Origin: an uncultured Dehalococcoidia bacterium
GTDB taxonomy: Bacteria; Chloroflexota; Dehalococcoidia; Lucifugimonadales; UBA2962
NCBI GenBank assembly: GCA_964477845.1
Contig: CAYZES010000001.1
Span: 36,426-100,425 of the forward strand
Reading direction: 5' to 3'
DNA length: 64,000 nucleotides
Below the pieces are notes generated by a model, which searched no databases, was not told the DNA's origin, and saw only the letters and a list, made by a program, of their open reading frames with translations. Positions 1 through 11,750 of this stretch are shown one piece after another. Position 1 is the first letter of the stretch; each line of letters opens with the position of its first letter. The position numbers were made by a program, and so were the translations under genes.

Positions 1-804
1 TTCCCCGGCGGCGAGATCGTCGGCCAGTGTCTGGAGCAGCTTACGACGCTGAGCTTTCTGGCCGGAGCCACCACACGCGCACGCCTGCTCACGACGGTGA
101 TGGTGGTCCCGTACAGGGCGGCGGTTCACGCCGCCAAGGCCATCGCGACGATAGATGTCCTATCCGGCGGGAGGCTCGACCTGGGCATTGGGGCCGGGTG
201 GATGAGGGAAGAGTTTGAGGCCGTGGGCGCCCCCTCCTACGAGCGTCGCGGCAGGGTAACCGACGAGTACATCGCCGCCTTCAAGGAACTATGGACCTCT
301 CCCAGCCCGGAGTTCAGCGGCGACTACGTCAGCTTCTCGGCCATCGCCTTTGAGCCCAAGCCGGTCCAGAGTCCACACCCGCCCATATGGACCGGCGGAG
401 AGAGCCCGCCGGCGCTGAGGCGCGCCGGCCGAATTGCCGACACCTGGTATCCCATTGGCAACAACCCGAACTACCGTCTCGATACGCCGCAGAAGCTGGC
501 CGAGTACTACGGGCGGGTCAAGGGGCACGCCGAGGAGGCGGGTCGCGATCCCGAGTCGGTCTCCCTCGCCTACGCCGCCAGCTGGTATGACGAGCGCGAG
601 GCCCGGCACACCGAGGATGGAGAGAGGGTGCTATTGACCGGGCAGCCCGAGCAGATCGCCGGCGACATCCGAGATCTGGCCGCAGTTGGCGTCAAGAACA
701 TCCTGATTGATGTGCTCGGGTTTGACCTGCTGACCACTTCCACAGCCGCGTCCGTGGAGCGAATGGACTACTTCGCCCGCGAGATCCGGCCTCTCGTAGG
801 CTAG
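1..804 (+). CDS. LLM-class (luciferase-like) F420-dependent oxidoreductase, 5' end cut by window edge
   Basis: Frame 1 is open from nt 1. FPGGEIVGQCLEQLTTLSFLAGATTRARLLTTVMVVPYR aligns with the full-length paralog at 817-1809. Shared motifs: ATIDVLSGGRLDLGIGAGW, FEPKPVQ, PPIWTGGESPPALRRAGR. Confidence 0.8.
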   Translation, partial: FPGGEIVGQCLEQLTTLSFLAGATTRARLLTTVMVVPYRAAVHAAKAIATIDVLSGGRLDLGIGAGWMREEFEAVGAPSYERRGRVTDEYIAAFKELWTSPSPEFSGDYVSFSAIAFEPKPVQSPHPPIWTGGESPPALRRAGRIADTWYPIGNNPNYRLDTPQKLAEYYGRVKGHAEEAGRDPESVSLAYAASWYDEREARHTEDGERVLLTGQPEQIAGDIRDLAAVGVKNILIDVLGFDLLTTSTAASVERMDYFAREIRPLVG

Positions 805-816
805 ATTGGCGGGCCT

Positions 817-1809
817 TTGAAGTACGGTTTCGAGGCGCCGGCGACCGGCGTCCTCGCCGGCCCCGAAGCCCTGGCCCGGGTAGCCCGGCATGGGGAAGAG
901 CTAGGCTTCGACCACCTCGCCGTCGGCGACCATATCGTAATTCCCCGGGATGTCTCCTCGCGCTACCCGTATACCGAGTCGGGCGAATTCGCCGGCGAGT
1001 GGGCCCACACGGAGGAGTCGAGCGGTTCCGGCATCATGTTCGAGCAGCTCACCGTGCTCGCCTACCTCTCGGCCGTGACAGAGAGCATCCGGCTGCTGAC
1101 GTCGGTTACGGTTCTGCCGTACCGGGAGCCGCTTCTCACGGCGAAGATACTCGCGACCATAGACGTGCTGTCCGAGGGCAGGCTGGATGTCGGCTGCGGC
1201 GCAGGTTGGATGGAGGAGGAATTCGTGGCCCTCCAGTCGCCCCCGTTCGCAAGGCGCGGCGCCGTCACGAACGAATACATCGTTGCCGTAAAGGAGCTTT
1301 GGACATCGGCGAGCCCGGAGTTTTCCGGAGAGTACGTGAGCTTTGCCGGGATCGCCTTTGAGCCAAAGCCGGTGCAGGTGCCCTGCCCGCCCATCTGGGT
1401 CGGCGGAGAGAGCCCGCCCGCCCTGCGTCGAGCCGCCCGCCACGCCGACGTCTGGTATCCGTTCGGCAATAATCCCCGCCACCGGCTTGACTCGATCGAG
1501 AGGCTCAGGGATGGCATCGGTCGGCTCCGCCTTGAGACGGAGAAGGCGGGACGACCCGCGGACTCGGTTAGGATCGCCTACAGCGCCGAGATGTTCTATT
1601 CCGACGCCGGGCCACAGTACGGGCCCGATGGCACGCGTCATCTACTCACCGGGGAGCCGGCCCAGGTCGCAGAGGATATCGAGGCACTGGCCGATCTGGG
1701 GGTAGAGCACCTTATGCTCGACTACGAGGGGTCAACCATAGACGAGACCCTTAAGCGCATGGATCGGTTCGCCGACAGGGTCAGGCCGCTGGTGGGAGGG
1801 ACCGTCTAG
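817..1809 (+). CDS. LLM-class F420-dependent oxidoreductase (tandem paralog of the upstream gene)
   Basis: 330-aa ORF starting 13 nt after the previous stop. ATIDVLSEGRLDVGCGAGWMEEEF, FEPKPVQVPCPPIWVGGESPPALRRAARHADVWYPFGNNP; roughly 70% identical by eye to the upstream paralog over the shared region. Confidence 0.85.
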   Translation: MKYGFEAPATGVLAGPEALARVARHGEELGFDHLAVGDHIVIPRDVSSRYPYTESGEFAGEWAHTEESSGSGIMFEQLTVLAYLSAVTESIRLLTSVTVLPYREPLLTAKILATIDVLSEGRLDVGCGAGWMEEEFVALQSPPFARRGAVTNEYIVAVKELWTSASPEFSGEYVSFAGIAFEPKPVQVPCPPIWVGGESPPALRRAARHADVWYPFGNNPRHRLDSIERLRDGIGRLRLETEKAGRPADSVRIAYSAEMFYSDAGPQYGPDGTRHLLTGEPAQVAEDIEALADLGVEHLMLDYEGSTIDETLKRMDRFADRVRPLVGGTV

Positions 1810-1848
1810 GGCGGTCGCAACCGAGCGAGCAGGCGAGATGCGCACATC

Positions 1849-2889
1849 ATGAGAGCAGTCTATTTCGAAAGACACGGTCCGCCCGACGTGCTGACGCTGG
1901 GCGAGCGGCCCGATCCGCGACCCGGCCCCAACGACGTGCTGATACGCGTGAGAGCCTGCGCCCTCAACCGGCTCGATCTGTACACCAGGGCCGGCCAGCG
2001 CGGGACACGGCTTGCGCTCAGCGAGCCCCATATCCTCGGCGGTGACATCGCCGGTGAGGTGGTCGAGGTCGGAGGCGAGGTGGAGCGCATAGCCACCGGA
2101 GACCGGGTCGTCGTCAACCCACAGCTCAACTGCCGCCAGTGCACGGTTTGCCTGGCCGGTGAGACCGAGCTGTGTGAGCGGCGCGGCATGATCGGTTCGA
2201 CTGTCGACGGTGGCTACGCGGAGCTGGCCGTGGTTCCCGCCGACAACTGCGTCTCCCTGCCGGACGGGCTTTCCTATGAGCAGGCGGCCTCCCTTCCGAC
2301 GGTGTTTCTGCCCTGCTGGTCGATCCTGGTGCGACGCGGCCGGCTGAGGCCCTGGGAGACCGCGCTGGTCCTCTCGGCGTCCAGCGGGGTCGGCACGGCC
2401 GGCATTCAGGTGGCCAAGCGCGTCATCGGGGCCCGGGTTATCACAACGACCAGCACTGACGAGAAGGCGGAAAAGGCGCGTGATCTAGGGGCGGATGAGG
2501 TGATCGTCTATGGTCGGGAGAGTATCGCCGACCGCGTCAGGGAGCTGACGGGTGGCCGGGGCGTTGACGTGGTCATCGACCACGTGGGCGCCGATTTCTG
2601 GCAGGATGCCTCGCGGTCGCTGGCCACCGGGGGCCGGTATGGCATTTGTGGGGCTACCACGGGCCTCAAGGTGGAACTGCAGGTGGGATTGCTGTTCGTG
2701 CGCAACCAGAGCGTATTCGGGGTCTTCATGGGACGCACGGCGGATCTCGTCCGAATCGTCGACCTGGCCGGGCGCGGCACGATCGAGGGCGTCATCGCGG
2801 CGAGCCTCCCGCTGGAGGAGACGCAGGACGCCCACCGTCTGATGGAGAGGATGAACTTCTTCGGCAAGATCGTGCTGACCGTGCCCTAG
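1849..2889 (+). CDS. Zinc-type alcohol dehydrogenase / quinone oxidoreductase (MDR superfamily)
   Basis: 346 aa with N-terminal GroES-like fold (MRAVYFERHGPPDVLTLGERPDP), CRQCTVCLAGETELC structural-zinc-like loop, and nucleotide-binding SASSGVGTAGIQVAK. Confidence 0.85.
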   Translation: MRAVYFERHGPPDVLTLGERPDPRPGPNDVLIRVRACALNRLDLYTRAGQRGTRLALSEPHILGGDIAGEVVEVGGEVERIATGDRVVVNPQLNCRQCTVCLAGETELCERRGMIGSTVDGGYAELAVVPADNCVSLPDGLSYEQAASLPTVFLPCWSILVRRGRLRPWETALVLSASSGVGTAGIQVAKRVIGARVITTTSTDEKAEKARDLGADEVIVYGRESIADRVRELTGGRGVDVVIDHVGADFWQDASRSLATGGRYGICGATTGLKVELQVGLLFVRNQSVFGVFMGRTADLVRIVDLAGRGTIEGVIAASLPLEETQDAHRLMERMNFFGKIVLTVP

Positions 2890-2974
2890 GGAGACCCCGG
2901 GCAGCGCCTGGGTCGCCTGCCGGCTGGCACAGTCGGACGGTGCAGGTTACGATGCCATCGGGATCGCGCCGACA

Positions 2975-3742
2975 GTGAGGGACATGGGCGAGTTCGACGG
3001 AAAGATAGTGCTGGTTACCGGTGCGGGCTCCGGAATAGGCCGGGCGACCGCACTGCTCTTCGCCCGAAGGGGCGCGAAGGTCGCCTGCTCGGACATCGAC
3101 GCCGAGTCGGGCGAGCAGACGGTGCGCATGATCGAGGACACCGGCGGACAGGGTTCGTTCTTCCGCGCCGATGTCGCCGTCTCCGCGGACATCGAGGCCA
3201 TGGTCAGGGCCGTGGTCGAGCGCTACGGACGGCTCGACATCGCCTACAACAACGCCGGAATAGGGGGCCTTGGTAAGCCCATCGACCAGCACACCCTCGA
3301 CGAGTTCGAGCGGACTATGGCGATCAATACGAAGGGCGTCTTCCTCGGCATGAAGTACCAGATTCCCCAGATGCTCGCCCAGGGCGGCGGGGTCATAGTC
3401 AATACCGCCTCGATGGTGGGTCTGATAGGCATGGCGGGCATCAGCGCGTACGTTGCCTCCAAGCACGCGGTGGTCGGCCTGACCCGCTCGGCGGCACTTG
3501 AGTATGCGGACAAGGGTATCCGGATCAACTGCATCTGCCCGGGCATCATCCGCACGCCGATCAACCAGAAGTTCTGGGACGAGTTTCCCGAGGCCGAGGA
3601 AGAGTGGCTTCCCATGGAGCCAATCGGCAGGTATGGAGAGCCCGAAGAGGTTGCGGAGGTCGTGGCCTGGCTTTCGTCCGACGACGCTTCCTTCGTCCAC
3701 GGCCACGCGATGACGGTCGATGGCGCGGCGACCGCCCAGTAG
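2975..3742 (+). CDS. SDR-family oxidoreductase (classical short-chain dehydrogenase)
   Basis: [10 protein letters not shown] (TGxxxGxG), NNAGI, catalytic YxxxK (YVASKHAV), PG motif. The start could instead be ATG 2984. Confidence 0.9.
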   Translation: MRDMGEFDGKIVLVTGAGSGIGRATALLFARRGAKVACSDIDAESGEQTVRMIEDTGGQGSFFRADVAVSADIEAMVRAVVERYGRLDIAYNNAGIGGLGKPIDQHTLDEFERTMAINTKGVFLGMKYQIPQMLAQGGGVIVNTASMVGLIGMAGISAYVASKHAVVGLTRSAALEYADKGIRINCICPGIIRTPINQKFWDEFPEAEEEWLPMEPIGRYGEPEEVAEVVAWLSSDDASFVHGHAMTVDGAATAQ

Positions 3743-3756
3743 GTGATGTCCAGAGG

Positions 3757-4521
3757 ATGAGCTCCCAGGAGTTTTCGAACAGAGTGGCTCTCGTGACCGG
3801 CGCATCGGCCGGGATCGGGCGGGCGGCCGCGCTTCGCTTCGCCCGCGGAGGGGCTGCCGTCGTCTGCTCGGACATCGCCGATGAGGGTGGACGCGAGACC
3901 GTATCCCAGGTGGCCGCGCTGGGGGCCGAGGCCTGCTTTGTGCACGCCGATGTCTCTTCGGAGTCAGATGTCGCTGCACTGGTCGACGCCGTGACGGACC
4001 GCTTTGGAAGGCTCGACATCGCCTTTAACAACGCCGGGATAGGCCTGTTCGACATAACCGTCGATCAGCATTCGGAGGAACAGTACGACCGGGTCATGGC
4101 GGTCAACTCAACGGGCGTGTTCCTGTGCATGAAGTACGAGGTCCCCGCCATGCTGAATGGAGGTGGCGGCTGCATCGTGAACACGGCCTCCGGTGCGGGC
4201 CTGGTGGGAGGCAAGGGCCTGTCCGTCTACTCGGCGAGCAAACACGCCGTGGTGGGCATGACCAAGTCGGCGGCCCTCGAGTACGCGCGCAGTGGCATCC
4301 GGGTCAACTGCGTTGCGCCGGGGCTCATAGACACCGAGATCAACAGGCCCTTCTGGGACGCCCACCCCGAACTGTACGACGAGTGGAAGAGCGTTCCGCC
4401 GATGGGTCGCTACGGCACCGCGGAAGAGGTCGCCGAGGTCGTCGCCTGGCTGTGCACCGACGATGCCGCATTCGTCCACGGCCACGCGATGTCGGTAGAC
4501 GCCGGGTTGCTCGCGCAGTAG
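3757..4521 (+). CDS. SDR-family oxidoreductase (tandem paralog)
   Basis: The track ORF 3604-4521 overlaps the previous gene. The ATG at 3757 gives MSSQEFSNRVALVTGASAGIGRA, NNAGI, YSASKHAV, and the same C-terminal FVHGHAMSVD as the upstream SDR. Confidence 0.9.
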   Translation: MSSQEFSNRVALVTGASAGIGRAAALRFARGGAAVVCSDIADEGGRETVSQVAALGAEACFVHADVSSESDVAALVDAVTDRFGRLDIAFNNAGIGLFDITVDQHSEEQYDRVMAVNSTGVFLCMKYEVPAMLNGGGGCIVNTASGAGLVGGKGLSVYSASKHAVVGMTKSAALEYARSGIRVNCVAPGLIDTEINRPFWDAHPELYDEWKSVPPMGRYGTAEEVAEVVAWLCTDDAAFVHGHAMSVDAGLLAQ

Positions 4522-4523
4522 CT

Positions 4524-5285
4524 ATGGGCATGCTCGACGGCAAGGTGGCGGTGGTCACCGGCGGCACCTACGGCATCGGGAGGGCGGTCGCCGAGCGCGG
4601 TGCCGCCGAGGGCGCCAGGATCGTGATCGGGGCCCGCGACCCCGGGCGGGGCGCCGAGACCGTCAGGTCGATCGAGGCGGCGGGGGGACAGGCCACCTTC
4701 ATACCCACGGATGTGGCAGACCCGGACCAGGTTGAGGCGTTGATCGATGGCGCGGTTGCCGCCTACGGGCGCCTCGATCTGGCCTGCAACGGCGCGGGCG
4801 TAGAGGGCGAGCGAAGGCTGGTCCACGAGGTGACGGAAGAGGACTGGGAGGCGGTGATGGCCCTCAACCTGCGCGGGGCGTTCGTCTGCATCAAGCTCGA
4901 GATCCAGCAGATGCTCAGGCAGGGTGCCGGAAGCATCGTCAACCTCTCCAGCGCCAACGGCCTTATCGGGACCCCCAGGTTCGCTGCCTACACGGCGAGC
5001 AAGCACGGCCTGATCGGCCTGACCAGAGCGGCGGCCCTGGAGTATTCCGATAAGGGCATCAGGGTGAACGCCGTCTGCCCGGGCGGCGTCGACACGCCGA
5101 TGTTCGAGCGGCTCTACGGTCCTGCCGGCGCAGATGCCCGGGCCAAGGCTGCCGGCGCCCACCCGGCAGGTCGAATAGGCCGGCCGGAGGAGGTGGCGGG
5201 GGCGGTCGTGTTCCTCTGGTCGGACAGGGCCTCATACGTGACGGGGTCCTGCCTTACCCTGGACGGAGGGCTTACGGCAAGCTGA
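4524..5285 (+). CDS. SDR-family oxidoreductase (third in tandem)
   Basis: The ATG at 4524 lies 2 nt after the previous stop and gives MGMLDGKVAVVTGGTYGIGRA, YTASKHGL, PGGVDTP. The longer track ORF (4125-) is an out-of-gene extension. Confidence 0.9.
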   Translation: MGMLDGKVAVVTGGTYGIGRAVAERGAAEGARIVIGARDPGRGAETVRSIEAAGGQATFIPTDVADPDQVEALIDGAVAAYGRLDLACNGAGVEGERRLVHEVTEEDWEAVMALNLRGAFVCIKLEIQQMLRQGAGSIVNLSSANGLIGTPRFAAYTASKHGLIGLTRAAALEYSDKGIRVNAVCPGGVDTPMFERLYGPAGADARAKAAGAHPAGRIGRPEEVAGAVVFLWSDRASYVTGSCLTLDGGLTAS

Positions 5286-5304
5286 CCCGGCAGGGTTCTG
5301 CCCC

Positions 5305-6219
5305 TCAGTGCCTGTTGCGGCGATCGTGGAATAGGTAGTGGTTGGCCCAGCCCGCGTAGCTGCCGAATCGCTCCTGGGCCCACTGCCTTAGTCGGTCACG
5401 CGCGATGATCGCGCCGTCCCTCCGTCTGCCCGGCCTGGGGCGCCCGGGGCCGGCCCGGCGCATGAGCCGTCGCCGAAATGCGCGGATCTCCTGCGGGTAG
5501 ATCTCCTCCAGGGCCCTGTGGATCCAGACGTCGACCGGGAACGCACCGGGCTTGTCCATCGAGAACAGGAGTACGCAGTTGGCCACCTTGTCTCCCACGC
5601 CCGGTACGTCGAGCAGCCGGTCGAGAGCCTCCTCGTAGTCGGTCTCCCTCAGCGCCCATGGGCTGACGCGTCCCTCGGCGACGGCGACGGCGGCCTCGTG
5701 CAGGTATTCGGAGCGGTACCCCAGCTTGAGCCTCCTGAGCCGGACCGGTCCGGCCGAGGCCAGCTGCTCCGGAGAAGGGAACGCGTGCCGGGCGGATCCG
5801 CGGACCTCGATGGGGTCGCCGCAGAGTGTAGCTATGGCCTCAATGTTGGACTGTATGCGCGGCAGGTTGGAATTCGACGAGCATATGAAAGATGCCAGGC
5901 ATTCCCAGGGATCCTGCCGCAGCACCCTCATCCCCCGGTAGCGGCCTATGGACGCGCCGACCACCTCGTCGGTGCCTATCGACCGGTAGATCTCCTCGAG
6001 ATCGATGTCCAGGGCCAGGTAGTCGGCCAGCAGCGGCCACACCTGCCGCTCGGGCTCCGGCCCGCTATGGAATTCGAGCCCGCCGTCGGCCATCCTGAGC
6101 GAAACGATGGAGGAGCCGAGCACGCCTTCGAACCACTCGCCCTGCCTGCGCCAGCGAAACGCCTGCCCGCTCGCGAGCGTGGCGGCCAGGTCCAGCGGAC
6201 CCTCAAGGTGAATGATCAC
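5305..6219 (-). CDS. HhH-GPD DNA glycosylase, 8-oxoguanine glycosylase/AlkA-like
   Basis: N-terminal ASGQAFRW (OGG_N-like) and a helix-hairpin-helix LLDVPGVGDKVANCVLLFS ... FPVDVWIHRAL. Confidence 0.8.
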   Translation of the reverse strand: MIIHLEGPLDLAATLASGQAFRWRRQGEWFEGVLGSSIVSLRMADGGLEFHSGPEPERQVWPLLADYLALDIDLEEIYRSIGTDEVVGASIGRYRGMRVLRQDPWECLASFICSSNSNLPRIQSNIEAIATLCGDPIEVRGSARHAFPSPEQLASAGPVRLRRLKLGYRSEYLHEAAVAVAEGRVSPWALRETDYEEALDRLLDVPGVGDKVANCVLLFSMDKPGAFPVDVWIHRALEEIYPQEIRAFRRRLMRRAGPGRPRPGRRRDGAIIARDRLRQWAQERFGSYAGWANHYLFHDRRNRH

Positions 6220-6231
6220 CCGGCGGCCGGC

Positions 6232-9120
<2,889 letters not shown>

Positions 9121-9199
9121 CCCGCTGCGGGTCCCGGGATCGGTTTCGATCGTCCCTGGTCGGCTCTGACGGGGCTCATATGCATGGGTCCGGACCAGT

Positions 9200-9616
9200 T
9201 TATCCGGCGAAGTAGGGCAGGGCCCAGCCGAACAGGCCGGCGAACGCCAGCCCCATCGTCATCACCGCGGGCACAGAGCGCCTCAGGACCATAGCCGCCG
9301 GAGCCGAGCCGAGCAGTGTGAAGCCCAGCAGGGCCGCGGTAAAGGCGAGGTTTGGGCTCCCGAGTCCTCCTCCCGGTGCGCCGCGCTCAAAGGCCGCGAG
9401 CACCAGGCCCGCGAGCGCCCCGATGGCCGCCCAGGCAGGGTAGAAGGCGAGGACCACCATGACGAACCGCCGGGAGTTGCCGCCCCTCTCGACGAGCATC
9501 TGCACCCGGGGCGACCTGGGGTCGACGTAGGGCAGCAATATGATCGCCCCCACCGCCACGAATACGGAGGCCATCATCAGGCCCAGCAGGGCCCCTGCGA
9601 TCACGCTGTCGGTCAT
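9200..9616 (-). CDS. Small integral membrane protein, unknown function
   Basis: The internal ATG at 9616 overlaps the ispE stop (ATGA) and gives MTDSVIAGALLGLMMASVFVAVGAIILLP with about 4 hydrophobic spans. The longer N-terminus in the track lies inside ispE. Confidence 0.5.
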   Translation of the reverse strand: MTDSVIAGALLGLMMASVFVAVGAIILLPYVDPRSPRVQMLVERGGNSRRFVMVVLAFYPAWAAIGALAGLVLAAFERGAPGGGLGSPNLAFTAALLGFTLLGSAPAAMVLRRSVPAVMTMGLAFAGLFGWALPYFAG

Positions 9617-10494
9617 TCGGCCTCCCCGTGCCATGCGACCGGAGGTGTCGGCGAGACCAGGTGCGAGCGCCAGCCGTACTTGCGGGCGAGAAGGAGCTCC
9701 AGCGTGGTCCCGACCTCCCGGCGCGAGACGAGGGTGAACAGGGACGGGCCCGCCCCGCACAGGTGGATCTCGGTGGCGCCCATCGAGGCGAGGGTCTCCC
9801 GGCAGTGTGCCAGGCCGGGGTATGCCCGGTTGGCCTCGGCGTCGAACCGGTTGTAGAGAAACTGCGCCGGCACATCTCCCCCGCCCCTGATCCGGGCCTC
9901 CAGCTTCCTGGTGAGGGCGCCCCGGTCAAGGCCGCCCCCGGAGAGCATGCCGAACATGGTGGCCGTCTTGTTGTGTAGCTGGATTTCGGGAGTGACTATG
10001 AGCGCGTACCTCAGGTCGACCGGGGGAAGGGGCCTGACTATCTCGCCGCGGCCCTGGATCATCGCCGTTCCGCCGTAGAGGAAAAAGGGCACGTCAGAGC
10101 CCAGCTCGGCGGCAATCGGCGTCAGGTCCTTTGCGGACATGCGCAGGTTCCACAGACGGCTAAGGCCGATCAGCACCGCCGCCGCGTCGCTGCTGCCGCC
10201 GCCCAGGCCCGCGGCCTGCGGGATCTTCTTGGCAAGGCGTATCGTGGCGCCCCCGCGGTGCCCGGTCTCGGCACGAAGCCTCTCTGCGGCACGAAGCGCC
10301 AGGTTGTCCGGGCCGGAAAGGCCCGGGGCATCACACTCCAGGGACACCTCCTCTGCGTCATCGAGCGTGACCTCGTCCCGAAGGTCCACCGCGACCAGGA
10401 TGGATGCCAGATCGTGGTAGCCGTCCGACCGCCTTCCCACCACCTCGAGCGTGAGATTGATCTTGGCCGGCGCCGCTATACGGACCTGACTCAC
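9613..10494 (-). CDS. ispE: 4-diphosphocytidyl-2-C-methyl-D-erythritol kinase
   Basis: KINLTLEVVGRRSDGYH and the GHMP-kinase motif IPQAAGLGGGSSDAAA. The GTG start overlaps the ksgA stop (GTGA). Confidence 0.9.
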   Translation of the reverse strand: MSQVRIAAPAKINLTLEVVGRRSDGYHDLASILVAVDLRDEVTLDDAEEVSLECDAPGLSGPDNLALRAAERLRAETGHRGGATIRLAKKIPQAAGLGGGSSDAAAVLIGLSRLWNLRMSAKDLTPIAAELGSDVPFFLYGGTAMIQGRGEIVRPLPPVDLRYALIVTPEIQLHNKTATMFGMLSGGGLDRGALTRKLEARIRGGGDVPAQFLYNRFDAEANRAYPGLAHCRETLASMGATEIHLCGAGPSLFTLVSRREVGTTLELLLARKYGWRSHLVSPTPPVAWHGEAE

Positions 10495-11315
10495 AGCCCG
10501 GCCTCACGCAGGGCCGTGTAGAGGGAGCCCCACTCGGTGAGCGAGAGGGTTTGGGCCCTGCGGCCACCGTCTATGCCGGCCGCCCGAAGAGGGCCCTCGA
10601 CATCACCGGTCGCCGGGCTGAGGCCCTGCCTGAGGGAGTTGCGAAGCTGCTTTCTGCGCGCGGCAAAACCCGCCCTGACCATCCGCAGGAACCTGTCCTC
10701 CGAGTCGATGTCGAGGACCGGCTCGGCGCGGGGGATAAGCGAGACGACCGCCGAGTGCACCCTTGGCCTGGGCCTGAAGGCCGTGGGCGGAACGTTGAAC
10801 AGTCTGCGCGCGCAGGCGCGAAGCTGCACCTCGACCGACAGGTATGTCATTTCACCGGGCGCGGCGGTCATCGAGTCGGCGACCTCGCGCTGCACCATAA
10901 CCACCATCAGCGATGGCCGGCGCTTTGCCGTCAGGAAGCGACGGACGATAGGCGAGGCGACGTTGTACGGAAGGTTGCCGACCATCTTGTAGGGTTGTTC
11001 GGGCCCGGTGATCTGCGAGATGTCGACCGCGAGGGCATCGTCGTTGACGATCGTCACAGCGTCCTCGGCGGAGAATCGCTCGGCCATCGATTGGGCGAGC
11101 AAATCGTCCATCTCTACCGCGATAAGGCGACTTGCCCCCTCGGCCAGCAGGCCCGTAAGGGCGCCCCGGCCGGGGCCTATCTCCACCACGGTGTCCGTTG
11201 CCGAAAGCTCGAGGGCGGCTACGATCCTGCGGGCTGTGCCGCGGTGGTTAAGGAAGTTCTGGCCGAGCGAGCGTTTGGGACGCACGGTCGTCTTTGGACT
11301 GGACGGCGGTCGCAT
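10491..11315 (-). CDS. rsmA: 16S rRNA (adenine1518/1519-N6)-dimethyltransferase
   Basis: SLGQNFL, VVEIGPGRGALT, GNLPYNVASP. The track start (11369) would overlap the 3' helix of the SRP RNA, so I prefer the Met at 11315 (MRPPSSPKTTVRPKRSLGQNFL). Confidence 0.85.
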   Translation of the reverse strand: MRPPSSPKTTVRPKRSLGQNFLNHRGTARRIVAALELSATDTVVEIGPGRGALTGLLAEGASRLIAVEMDDLLAQSMAERFSAEDAVTIVNDDALAVDISQITGPEQPYKMVGNLPYNVASPIVRRFLTAKRRPSLMVVMVQREVADSMTAAPGEMTYLSVEVQLRACARRLFNVPPTAFRPRPRVHSAVVSLIPRAEPVLDIDSEDRFLRMVRAGFAARRKQLRNSLRQGLSPATGDVEGPLRAAGIDGGRRAQTLSLTEWGSLYTALREAGL

Positions 11316-11357
11316 CGGTTGCCGCGCAGTATCGCCGATCTCTCGGAGATGTGTACT

Positions 11358-11650
11358 GCGGCCGTGCACCCCTTGTTCGATCTCCTCCCGAGACTTGACC
11401 GCCGGGGCCGGCTCAAGCCAGGTGGACCCACGGCACCCGAGAGGCCCTGCTTACCGCTGCTTCCTTCCGGACCTGACGGGGTTCACAAGCTCTCGCCGCG
11501 TGGGACCCGGCTCTCAGCACCGGCGTCCGGGGACAGTGGCCTTGGGAGGGGGACCTCCGAGGGGAATTCAGCCCCGCTGGAGCGGATTGCGAGTAGAGGG
11601 CACCGCTAGCTCCCCGCCTAGCACGGCCAAGGCCATGGTAGTCAACCGGT
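11358..11650 (-). ncRNA. ffs: Signal recognition particle RNA, long Bacillus-type with Alu domain
   Basis: Minus strand reads GGCCGTGCTAGGCGGGGAGCTAGCGGTGCCCTCTACTCGCAATCCGCTCCAGCGGGGCTGAATTCCCCTCGGAGG ... GTCAGGTCCGGAAGGAAGCAGCGGTAAGC ... GGTGCACGGCC. It has the universal domain IV motif, an Alu-domain 5' part matching the B. subtilis scRNA as I recall it, and 5' GGCCGTGC pairing with 3' GCACGGCC. Ends are about +/-15 nt. Confidence 0.85.
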
Positions 11651-11750
11651 CACCTGAGCGCAACATCCAAGGCGGCCCGCGGGCCTGGGCTGGGGTTGGG
11701 AAGCCCTGCGCGCCGGAGGGCGCTGAGGGTGGAGTACTGCTGGCTGGCGG

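Noticed and set aside
11651-11750. Promoter for the SRP RNA between lepA and ffs
   Set aside because: The candidate hexamers (TTGGAT, TTGACT) have wrong spacing or would place the TSS inside the conserved RNA, so no call is made.
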